From NCBI GenBank assembly GCA_963774355.1, contig CAVZER010000008.1:28930-92929 (forward strand): a stretch of 64,000 nt of DNA, in the 5' to 3' direction. The position numbers and the translations under genes were made by a program. The notes beneath the pieces were generated by a model, which was given only the letters and a program-made list of their open reading frames with translations, made no database searches and was not told the origin of the DNA. Positions 19,085 to 26,992 of this stretch are shown here, one piece after another. The stretch is from an uncultured Thermoleophilia bacterium. GTDB lineage: Bacteria > Actinomycetota > Thermoleophilia > Gaiellales > Gaiellaceae. Within the stretch, counting starts at the first letter, position 1. Each line of letters opens with the position of its first letter.

Positions 19085-21364
19085 CTACTCGCGGAGCTCG
19101 GCGCCGAACTGCGCCCCGAGCGCCGAGACGATCGCGCTTCGCAACCGCCGTGCGTCCTCGTCCGTGAGGGTGCGCACCGGCGACTGGAACGAGACCGAGA
19201 ACGCGACCGACTTCTTCCCCGGGGGAATCGGATCGCCGGTGTAGACGTCGAAGACGCGGATCTCCTCCAGCTCGGCGCCGGCGGCCTCACGCGCCGCCGC
19301 GACGATCGCGCCCGCCTCGACGTCCTCGCCGACGACCACGGCGAGGTCCTGGCGGACGGGCGGGAAGGTGATCACGTCGTGGTAGATGACCGGCTCGCGG
19401 CTCTCCTCGAAGAGCGCGTCGAGATCGAGCTCGAACCCGCACCACGCCCCCTCGAGCAGGCTCGGATGCAGCTCGCCCACGAGGCCGGCGCCCGTGCGGG
19501 CCGCCTTGCCCGGGTGGAAGAGGCGATCCTCGGTGCGCTCGAAGACCGGGTCGGCCTTGAGCGCGGCGTACACCGCCTCGACGACGCCCTTGCCGTGGAA
19601 GAAGTCGCCAGTCGCGATGCCGGCGACGCGAACGTGCTCGTCGGGAAGGTCGCCGCCGGGCAGGTAGACGCGTGCGACCTCGAACAGCGCGATACCGGAC
19701 GCGCCGGCGTCGAGATTGCGCGCCGCGGCGTCGACGAGGCTCGGCAGGATCCGTGTCCGCAGGGCTGTGAAGTCGACCGAGATCGGCTCCGGCAGCCGCC
19801 AGGTCGTGTCGTCGTCGGGGCGCAGGCTCGGCGTGTACGTCTCGCTGAACCCGAGCCCGACGAGCGTGTCCTCCACCCTGCGCCGTAGCTGCTGCTCACG
19901 CGTCAGCGTCCCGAACATCGCGCGCCGCAACGGGAGCGTGAACGGCACGTCCTCGAGCCGGAAGCGGGCGACCTCCTCGACGACGTCGATCTCGCGTGTC
20001 ACGTCACGCGCCCTCCAGGTGGGGACCACGACCCGGTCGCCGTCGTGGTCGAATCCGAGCCGTTCGAGCAGCCGCCGCTGATCCGCCGGCGGCGTGTCGA
20101 CGCCGATCACCGCGTCGGCCCGCTCCGGCCGGTAGGCGATCACGGGCCGCGCCGGGAGCTCTCCGTGCGCGTCGGTGTGCGCGGTGAGCGTCGCGCCTGC
20201 GAGCTCGGCGAGCAGCTGCGTGGCGAAGTTGGCCGCAGGCTCGGCGACGTACGGATCGACGCCCTTCTCCCACCGGTTCGAGCCCTCCGTGCGCAGGCGC
20301 AGCCGCTCGCTGGTCTGGAAGAGGCCGTGCGGCTCGAAGTTCGCCGCCTCGAGCAGCACCGTCGACGTGGTCTCGCCGATCTCGGTCTCCTCTCCGCCCA
20401 TGATCCCTGCGAGCGCGACCGACCGATCGCCGTCGGCGATCATCAGGTCCGCCGTCGTCAGCTCGCGCTCGATCCCGTCGAGCGTCCTCAGGCGCTCACC
20501 GGGGTTAGCACGTCGTACGACGATCCGGCCACCGTGCAGCTTCGTGTGGTCGAACGCGTGGAGCGGGCTTCCGAGCGCGAGCATCACGTAGTTGGTGACG
20601 TCGACGACGTTCGAGATCGGCCGCATCCCCGCCGCAAGGAGTCGTCCCTTCAGCCACACCGGCGACGTCGCGATCGCGACGTTCTCGAACAGCCTTCCGA
20701 TGTAGCGCGGACAGCCGGCGAGATCGTCGATCTGCACCTCGACCGACGCCGCCGGCAGCTGGATCGGCTCGGTCCCCGGCTGCGCCGCGAGCGGCAGGTC
20801 GTACAGCGCCGCCACCTCCCGCGCGATGCCGTAGACGGAGAGCAGATCCGGGCGGTTCCCCGTCGACTCGACGATCATGATCGTCTCGCGGAGGGGCAGC
20901 ACCTCGTGCAGCGGGGTCCCGGGCTCGACGCCGTCGGGCAGCAGCATGATCCCGGTGTGGTCGGCGCCGAGGTCGACCTCGTCCTCCGCCAGGATCATCC
21001 CGTCGGACACCTCGCCGCGCACTTTTCTGCGCTCGAGCGTGAGGCCGTTCGGGAGCACCGCGCCGGGAAGCGCGACGGCGACCGTCGCGCCGGCACCGAA
21101 GTTCCACGCGCCGCAGACGATCGAACGCGCCTCGCCCTCGCCGATGTCCACCCTGGTCAGCTGGAGGCGGTCGGCGTTCGGATGCTTCACGGCCTCGAGG
21201 ACACGCCCGACGCGGAACAGCCCGAGGTTCCCGTCCACGTCGGCGACGCCGCGCGTCTCGACACCCTCCACCTCGGCGGAGGCGATCGAGAGCCGGGTCG
21301 CGAGCTCGTCGACGGGCATCTCGAGTGGGACGTACTCGGCCAGCCAGGAGAGCGGGACTCTCAT
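19085..21364 (-). CDS. pheT: phenylalanine--tRNA ligase beta subunit
   Basis: MRVPLSWLAEYVPLEMPVDELATRLSIASAEVEG... with tRNA-binding, B3/4, B5 and anticodon-binding-like regions. The ATG at 21364 lies 2 nt after the pheS stop. Confidence 0.95.
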   Translation of the reverse strand: MRVPLSWLAEYVPLEMPVDELATRLSIASAEVEGVETRGVADVDGNLGLFRVGRVLEAVKHPNADRLQLTRVDIGEGEARSIVCGAWNFGAGATVAVALPGAVLPNGLTLERRKVRGEVSDGMILAEDEVDLGADHTGIMLLPDGVEPGTPLHEVLPLRETIMIVESTGNRPDLLSVYGIAREVAALYDLPLAAQPGTEPIQLPAASVEVQIDDLAGCPRYIGRLFENVAIATSPVWLKGRLLAAGMRPISNVVDVTNYVMLALGSPLHAFDHTKLHGGRIVVRRANPGERLRTLDGIERELTTADLMIADGDRSVALAGIMGGEETEIGETTSTVLLEAANFEPHGLFQTSERLRLRTEGSNRWEKGVDPYVAEPAANFATQLLAELAGATLTAHTDAHGELPARPVIAYRPERADAVIGVDTPPADQRRLLERLGFDHDGDRVVVPTWRARDVTREIDVVEEVARFRLEDVPFTLPLRRAMFGTLTREQQLRRRVEDTLVGLGFSETYTPSLRPDDDTTWRLPEPISVDFTALRTRILPSLVDAAARNLDAGASGIALFEVARVYLPGGDLPDEHVRVAGIATGDFFHGKGVVEAVYAALKADPVFERTEDRLFHPGKAARTGAGLVGELHPSLLEGAWCGFELDLDALFEESREPVIYHDVITFPPVRQDLAVVVGEDVEAGAIVAAAREAAGAELEEIRVFDVYTGDPIPPGKKSVAFSVSFQSPVRTLTDEDARRLRSAIVSALGAQFGAELRE

Positions 21365-21366
21365 TC

Positions 21367-22362
21367 CTAGAACTGCCTCAGCACGCGCAGGTCGCCCTCC
21401 CAGAGGGCGCGGATGTCGGGCACGTCGTGGCGGAGTTGCGCGGCGCGCTCCAGGCCGCACCCGAAGGCGAAGCCGCTCCACCGGTCGGGGTCGACGCCGA
21501 CGTTCTCGAAGACGCGCGGGTCGACCATGCCGGCGCCGCCCATCTCGATCCAGCCGGAGAACTTGCACGTGCGGCATCCCACGCCGCCGCAGATCCCGCA
21601 CGAGACGTCGGGCTCGATCGAGGGCTCGGTGAACGGGAAGTAGTGCGTGCGGAAGCGCACCCGGCGGTCGGGGCCGTACAGCTTGCGCATCACGTGCAGC
21701 AGCGTCCCTTTGAGGTCGGCGAGCGTGAGGCCGGCGTCGACGGCGAGGCCCTCGAACTGATGGAAGATCGGGTAGCGCGTCGCGGTGATCGCATCGCGGC
21801 GGTACACGCGGCCGATCGACACCATGTAGATCGGCGGCGGCTTCTCCTCGAGGATGTGGATCTGGCTCGGCGACGTCTCCGTGCGGAGGACGTGCGTGTC
21901 GTCGAAGAAGAAGGTGTCTCGAGGAGAGCGCGAGGAGTGCGTCGGCGCGAAGGCCAGCTTGTCGAAGTTGTATTCGACCGTCTCGACCTCACGATCGTCG
22001 CGAACCTCGTAGCCGAGCCCGAGGAACGCGTCCTCGACGATGCGTCGCACCTGCGTGATCGGGTGCAGATGGCCGATCGGCAGCTGCTCGCCGGGAAGCG
22101 TGACGTCGACGACCTCGTCGCGCAGGCGGCGGTCGAGCTCCTCCCGGCGCAGGGTGTCGGCGCGGGCACCGAGGTCGGCCTCGAGCCGGCTGCGAATCCC
22201 GTTCAGCAACATTCCCGTCTCGCGGTCGCGCACGCCGCGCAGCGCCTGGGCGAGATCCGACTTGCGGCCGAGCACGCGGACGCGGACGTCCTCGAGCTCC
22301 GCCTCGTTCGTCGCAGCCGCGATCGCGGCCGTCGCCTCCTCTTCGTGCGCCGTCCAGTCCAC
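21367..22362 (-). CDS. pheS: phenylalanine--tRNA ligase alpha subunit
   Basis: HPITQV...FDKLAFAPTHSSRSPRDTFF...RVYRRD...FHQFEGL...GFAFGCGLER class II motifs. I chose the GTG at 22362; a TTG at 22377 is an alternative. Confidence 0.9.
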   Translation of the reverse strand: MDWTAHEEEATAAIAAATNEAELEDVRVRVLGRKSDLAQALRGVRDRETGMLLNGIRSRLEADLGARADTLRREELDRRLRDEVVDVTLPGEQLPIGHLHPITQVRRIVEDAFLGLGYEVRDDREVETVEYNFDKLAFAPTHSSRSPRDTFFFDDTHVLRTETSPSQIHILEEKPPPIYMVSIGRVYRRDAITATRYPIFHQFEGLAVDAGLTLADLKGTLLHVMRKLYGPDRRVRFRTHYFPFTEPSIEPDVSCGICGGVGCRTCKFSGWIEMGGAGMVDPRVFENVGVDPDRWSGFAFGCGLERAAQLRHDVPDIRALWEGDLRVLRQF

Positions 22363-22383
22363 GGCGGCGACACTACCCAAGAG

Positions 22384-23091
22384 ATGTCCGTGTACGACGC
22401 CATCGCTCGCCTCTACGACCCGTGGTCGCGCAGCGTCGTGGAGGACGTGCGCTTCTACGTGGAGGAGGCGCGCGCGGCCGGCGGCACGGTCGTCGAGCTC
22501 TGTGTCGGCACGGGCCGCATCGCCGTTCCGATCGCGACGGCCGGCGTGAAGGTGATCGGCATCGACACGTCGCAGGGCATGCTCGACGTGGCGGCCGAGC
22601 AGGCGCAGCTCGCCGGAGTGTCGGAGCTGGTCGACCTGCGATTCGGCGACATGCGCGACCCGCCGATCGAGGGGACGTACACGCTCGTCATCTGCCCCTT
22701 CCGCTCGTTGTTGCACATGGAGTCGGACGAGGACCGCCGTGCGGCGCTGCGCGCGATCCGCGGGCTCGCGGCGCCCGGCGGCCGGTTCGTGTTCGACGTC
22801 TTCACGCCGGCCGAGGACGACATCGTCGAGACGAACGGGCGGTGGATCGAGCGCGAACCGGGGATCTGGGAGCGGGCCGACTGGGACGAGCAGGCGCGCC
22901 GGCTGATCCTGCGTGTCCGGGGCGACGACGGCAGCGAGTCCCAGATGTCGCTCGCCTGGCTCTCGGTGCGCGAGTGGATCGAGATCCTGATGGACGAGGG
23001 GTTCGTCGTCGACGCGCTCTACGGCTGGTTCGACCGCTCGCCGTGGCAGGGCGGCGAGGACTCGGTCTGGGTCTGCCGCGCGCGTTCGTAG
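22384..23091 (+). CDS. class I SAM-dependent methyltransferase
   Basis: VVELCVGTGRIAVPIA (motif I) ...LAPGGRFVFDV. Divergent from pheS across a 21-nt spacer. Confidence 0.8.
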   Translation: MSVYDAIARLYDPWSRSVVEDVRFYVEEARAAGGTVVELCVGTGRIAVPIATAGVKVIGIDTSQGMLDVAAEQAQLAGVSELVDLRFGDMRDPPIEGTYTLVICPFRSLLHMESDEDRRAALRAIRGLAAPGGRFVFDVFTPAEDDIVETNGRWIEREPGIWERADWDEQARRLILRVRGDDGSESQMSLAWLSVREWIEILMDEGFVVDALYGWFDRSPWQGGEDSVWVCRARS

Positions 23092-23798
23092 AGCGCGATC
23101 GCCCCAGCGGCAGCGACGTTCAACGACTCGGCGCCGAAGAGCGGGATCGTCGCCTCCACGTCGCGCTCGACCCGGGGCGGCAGCCCTTCGCGCTCGGCGC
23201 CGAGCAGGAAGGAGACCCTCCCCGACAAGTCGACCTCCGACAGCGGCCTGCCGCCGTGGGCAGCCAGCGCAACCCGCAGCGTCCCCTGTAACAGGGTTTT
23301 GCCCGGGGCTCCGCCGTCGCCCCAGCTGCCGAGCGGGACCTGCCAGATCGAGCCGGCGCAGGCACGTAACGCCTTCGGCGAGGTGGGATCTGCGCACTGG
23401 TCGGAGAGGCAGACGGCCGCGCCGAACGCGTGCGCGGTGCGGATGAGCGTGCCGACGTTGCCGGGGTCGGCCAGCCGCCAGAGCGCGAGCGTCGCCGGCC
23501 GCTCGTCGAAGCCCAGCAGGTCAGCGCGGCGATAGACGCCGATCACCCGCGGCGGGTGGGGCGCCGTTGCGATCTCGGACAGCAGCCGGGCCTCGACCTC
23601 GTCGCCGGCGCGGAGCAGGTCCACGGGCTCGGCGGTCGCAGCGCCGACTGCATCCTCGCCCTCGACGAAGAAGAGGCCGAGCTTGTCCCGCCAGCGCCGC
23701 TCGTGCAGCCTGCGGACGGTGCGGGCGATGCACTGCCCCGATCGGCAGGGAGCGCCGATCCGCCCGCAGCGACCCCCGGCTAGCAGGCAGCGCGCCAT
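23019..23798 (-). CDS. TrmH/SpoU-family RNA 2'-O-methyltransferase
   Basis: FFVEGEDAV...DPGNVGTLIRTAHAFG...LLGAEREGLP...ESLNVAAAGAIALYE motifs. The 3' end overlaps the convergent methyltransferase gene by 73 nt. Confidence 0.8.
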   Translation of the reverse strand: MARCLLAGGRCGRIGAPCRSGQCIARTVRRLHERRWRDKLGLFFVEGEDAVGAATAEPVDLLRAGDEVEARLLSEIATAPHPPRVIGVYRRADLLGFDERPATLALWRLADPGNVGTLIRTAHAFGAAVCLSDQCADPTSPKALRACAGSIWQVPLGSWGDGGAPGKTLLQGTLRVALAAHGGRPLSEVDLSGRVSFLLGAEREGLPPRVERDVEATIPLFGAESLNVAAAGAIALYERARQTQTESSPPCHGERSNQP

Positions 23799-23854
23799 GC
23801 GCTGCGACGCTACCTACCGGCGCATCGGCGAGCGGCATCTTGGAATCGCCGGCC

Positions 23855-23884
23855 TTGACAGATACATGCCCATATCGGAATATT
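23855..23884 (+). promoter_or_regulatory. sigma-70-type promoter candidate for the ArsR gene (probably leaderless)
   Basis: TTGACA at 23855-23860, an 18-nt spacer, then AATATT at 23879-23884. The in-frame GTG at 23893 lies about 8 nt downstream. The palindrome GAATATTC (23878-23885) overlaps the -10 box and may be the operator. Confidence 0.5.
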
Positions 23885-23892
23885 CTGGGATC

Positions 23893-24234
23893 GTGGCCCG
23901 CTCTTCGACGACGTCGGATGTCTTCAACGCGATTGCCGAGGCGCGGCGACGCGACATCCTCGACACGCTGATCGCAGGCGAGAAGGCGGTCGGGACGATC
24001 GTGAACGACCTCTCGATGTCCCAGCCCCAGGTCTCGAAGCACCTCCGGGTGCTCAGTGAGGTCGGACTCGTCCAGTCCCGGGCGGAGGGGCGTCGTCGGC
24101 TCTACAGCCTGGAACCCGCTCACCTCCGGCCGTTTCACGACTGGTTGGCCAAGTACGAGCAGGCGTGGAACGACCGACTCGATCGGCTGGACGACTACCT
24201 GAAAGAACTACAAGAACAAGGAGAGCCGCAGTGA
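23893..24234 (+). CDS. ArsR/SmtB-family transcriptional regulator
   Basis: DVFNAIAEARRRDILDTL...VNDLSMSQPQVSKHLRVLSEVGLV wHTH. An alternative upstream ATG at 23866 would sit inside the predicted promoter. Confidence 0.8.
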   Translation: MARSSTTSDVFNAIAEARRRDILDTLIAGEKAVGTIVNDLSMSQPQVSKHLRVLSEVGLVQSRAEGRRRLYSLEPAHLRPFHDWLAKYEQAWNDRLDRLDDYLKELQEQGEPQ

Positions 24235-24725
24235 CACCTACACGGCACGATTCGGCAGTCATCGAGTTCCCGAACGAGCTCGAGATTCTCACCACTCGAG
24301 AGTTCGACGCCCCGCTCGAACTCGTCTTCGACGTATTGACGAAGCCAGAGCACGTGAGCAAATGGTTCGCTCCGTTTACCTGTGAGATGACGGTGTGCTC
24401 GATCGACCTGCGTGTCGGAGGGAGCTACCACCTGGTCTTCGTGACCGAAGACGGAAAGGAATGCTCGTTTCGGGGAACCTACTTGGAGGTCGAGCCGCCG
24501 ACCCGGACCGTCGCAACGTGGCTGTTCGAAGGGTGGCCAGATGCGGACGCCGTCGAGACCGTGGATCTGCACGAAACGGACGGAGTGACGACGTTGACGA
24601 TGAAGCTCGCCTTCCGCGACCAGGCCGGCCGTGACCACATGACCAAGTCCGACGGTCAGGAAGACAGTTTCAACAAGATGGAGGATTACTTGCGGTCACT
24701 GCTCGAGCAAAAGGCAACTGCCTGA
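24231..24725 (+). CDS. SRPBCC / AHSA1 (activator of Hsp90 ATPase homologue 1-like) family protein
   Basis: GTGA overlap with the ArsR stop. ILTTREFDAPLELVFDVLTKPEHVSKWF...TYLEVEPPTR pattern. The ArsR-SRPBCC pairing is common. Confidence 0.75.
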   Translation: MTPTRHDSAVIEFPNELEILTTREFDAPLELVFDVLTKPEHVSKWFAPFTCEMTVCSIDLRVGGSYHLVFVTEDGKECSFRGTYLEVEPPTRTVATWLFEGWPDADAVETVDLHETDGVTTLTMKLAFRDQAGRDHMTKSDGQEDSFNKMEDYLRSLLEQKATA

Positions 24726-24758
24726 GGAGCCGCAACCTGTCGTTGTCGCGGGAGCTGC

Positions 24759-25710
24759 TCACCCGCCCCACTCGAGCCACGCCGCGTGGAAGTCGACCTT
24801 CGCCAGGCGCCGCGTCTCGCCGCGCGGCCAGTGGGTGACCGCGAGAGCGACGCCCCCGTAGTCCGGATCGTGCCGCGGGCCCTCGAACGAGACCCAGGCG
24901 AGCGGGCCGTCGGCGCCGCCGCGCTCGAGCACCGAGACGAGCTGCGCGTAGCGGTCGTCGTCGAGGTAGGTGGTCGAGACGGAATGGAAGACGACCATCA
25001 GCGCGTCGTCGCGGCGCTCGGCGAGGACGCTCGGGAGGAGGTCGACGTAGTCGCCTCGTCGCAGGTCGATGTCGCACGTGCGTGCGATCGCGATCGCGCG
25101 CCGCAGCCGCTCGATCCGCTCGTGCTGGTCGGGCCAGACGAACGCCTCGAGCAGGCGCGCGCCACGCTCGTCGAGCGCCGACCGGGTCGAGGTCGAGCCC
25201 GATCCGGCGTTGGATGGTGAGCTCGCCCGCGAGCAGGTCGGCGGGCGGCCCTCCCCGGTCGTCGCCTTCGAGCACGAGGTCGCCGGCACCCGTGCCGAAG
25301 CTCCCGGCGCGGTAGCGGTAGTCGTAGCGGTCGAGTGCGAGCAGCAGCCCCGCGCTGGCGCCGAGCTCGACGAGATCGATGCGAGGAGCCTCGAGGGCCA
25401 GAAGCGCGGGCAGGATCCCCCACGCCCTCCGCACCTCGTTCGTCTGCACCGACTGCTTGCGGACGAACCGCGCCAGCAGCTCGCGCTCGTCGTCGAGCGC
25501 GGCGTCGACGTCGTCCCAGCTCGCCCGGCCGTCGAGGACGAGGTAGTGCAGCCCGGCGAGCAGCCGCAGCGGCAGGTCCCAGCGGAAGTCCGGCGCGAGC
25601 TCGCCGACGCGCCGGTCGGTCGCGAGGCGCCGGCAGAGCTGTGCGTAGAACGGCGAGCGGCTGTCGCAGAACTGCGCCTGCCGATTGAAGATCTCCGCCT
25701 GGCGGTCTAT
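24759..25710 (-). pseudogene. DUF2332-family protein, frame broken near 25175-25185 and no canonical start codon
   Basis: The N-terminal part (AEIFNRQAQFCDSRSPFYAQLCRRLATD...ELGASAGLLL...RIGLDLDPV) and the C-terminal part (ALDERGARLLEAFVWPDQHERIERLRRAI...HSVSTTYL) are in different frames. The span is 952 nt (3n+1). Between the rplT stop and the GTG at 25449 there is no in-frame ATG/GTG/TTG. Confidence 0.7.
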
Positions 25711-26075
25711 TTCGCGGCTGTCGCGAGAGCAGCTTTGGCCTGTTCGGCGAGCTCGCCGAACTTCGCCGGGTCGCTGACCGCGAGGTCGGCGAGAATCTTC
25801 CGGTCGAGCTCGACATCCGCTGCCTTCAGGCCCGCGATGAACTGGTTGTACGAGAGGCCGTTCTCGCGCGCACCCGCGTTGATGCGCATGATCCAGAGCC
25901 GCCGGAACTCGCGCTTGCGCACCTTGCGGTCGCGATAGGCATAGGCGAGCGAGCGCTCGACCTGTTCCTTCGCGTACTTGTAGTTCGACTTCTTGAGGCC
26001 CCAGTAACCCTTGGCCTCCTCGAGCACCTTGCGCCGCTTCTTGCGGGCGTGAACCGATCGCTTGACGCGGGCCAT
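25707..26075 (-). CDS. rplT: 50S ribosomal protein L20
   Basis: [26 protein letters not shown]... Confidence 0.97.
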   Translation of the reverse strand: MARVKRSVHARKKRRKVLEEAKGYWGLKKSNYKYAKEQVERSLAYAYRDRKVRKREFRRLWIMRINAGARENGLSYNQFIAGLKAADVELDRKILADLAVSDPAKFGELAEQAKAALATAAK

Positions 26076-26078
26076 CGC

Positions 26079-26276
26079 CTAGCGCCTCCCGAGCAGGCGG
26101 TTGACGGTGCGCTCGTTGTCGGCCGCGACTGACTTGAACTTACTGAACGTTCGCTTCTGCTTCGGCGACTTGTGCTCCAGATTGTGGCTCTGGTTCGCCG
26201 ACCGACGCAGCAACTTGCCCGTCCCCGTCACCTTGAACTTCTTCTTCGCTCCCGAGTGTGTTTTCTGTTTCGGCAT
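26079..26276 (-). CDS. rpmI: 50S ribosomal protein L35
   Basis: [25 protein letters not shown]...; AGGAG Shine-Dalgarno 8 nt upstream. Confidence 0.97.
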   Translation of the reverse strand: MPKQKTHSGAKKKFKVTGTGKLLRRSANQSHNLEHKSPKQKRTFSKFKSVAADNERTVNRLLGRR

Positions 26277-26844
26277 CTCGTTTGACTCCTGCGTTCTTCG
26301 TGGGGCCGAGCACCATCGTCATGTTCCGGCCTTCGAGCAGCGGCTGCGTCTCGATCATGCCGATGTCCTTCACGTCGTCTGCCAACCGCATCAGCAGGTC
26401 GCGCCCACGATCCGGATGCTCGCGCTCACGGCCGCGGAACATGATCGTGACCTTCACCTTCGCGCGCTGGTTCAGGAAGCGCTCGACGTGGCCTCGTTTC
26501 GTGTCGTAGTCGTGCTGCCCGATCTTGGGTCTGAGCTTGATCTCCTTGACGTGGATCTGTGTCTGGTGCTTGCGGGCGAGCTTTGCCTTCTGCTCCAGCT
26601 CGTACCGGTACTTGCCGTAGTCCATGACGCGCGCGACCGGCGGGTCCGCCTGCGCTGCGACCTCGACGAGGTCGAGGTTCTTCGCGTACGCGTACTCCCG
26701 CGCCTCGTCCGTGGACTTGATCCCCATCTGGCCGCCGTTCTCGTCGATCAGCCTCACGCGCGGAACCCGGATCGCGTCGTTGATACGCGTCTGCGGCTCC
26801 GGACGGCGCGGTGGCTCTACCGACCGCCTACCTCTGGGCCTCAA
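26140..26844 (-). CDS. infC: translation initiation factor IF-3 (UUG start; 3' end overlaps rpmI by 137 nt as sequenced)
   Basis: [23 protein letters not shown]...LDLVEVA...[12 protein letters not shown]...MFRGRE. The first in-frame start is TTG at 26844. No stop occurs before rpmI in this frame. Confidence 0.9.
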   Translation of the reverse strand: MRPRGRRSVEPPRRPEPQTRINDAIRVPRVRLIDENGGQMGIKSTDEAREYAYAKNLDLVEVAAQADPPVARVMDYGKYRYELEQKAKLARKHQTQIHVKEIKLRPKIGQHDYDTKRGHVERFLNQRAKVKVTIMFRGREREHPDRGRDLLMRLADDVKDIGMIETQPLLEGRNMTMVLGPTKNAGVKRDAETENTLGSEEEVQGDGDGQVAASVGEPEPQSGAQVAEAEANVQ

Positions 26845-26886
26845 GGCTGTGGCCTCAAATCTGTGGCCTCAAATGCACTTCACCAA
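26841..26886 (-). promoter_or_regulatory. Three tandem 5-codon UUG-initiated mini-ORFs chained by UUGA overlaps into the infC start
   Basis: Minus strand: TTG GTG AAG TGC ATT TGA (26886-26869), TTG AGG CCA CAG ATT TGA (26872-26855) and TTG AGG CCA CAG CCT TGA (26858-26841), then the infC TTG at 26844. Spacing is 14 nt, and each GAGG sits 8 nt before the next TTG. Confidence 0.5.
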
Positions 26887-26912
26887 GCTCGTCGTTTCCT
26901 CCTCCGTCAATG

Positions 26913-26942
26913 AAAAAACCGCCGGCGTGCATGGCGCAGCGG
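26913..26942 (-). terminator. hairpin plus U6 between thrS and infC (terminator or attenuator)
   Basis: Minus strand: CCGCUG...CGGCGG stem (26942-26919) followed by UUUUUU (26918-26913). Confidence 0.55.
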
Positions 26943-26992
26943 TCTCGTCAACCTGCTCGGTGAGCAACTCGGTTGAACCCCCGAAGCTCTCG

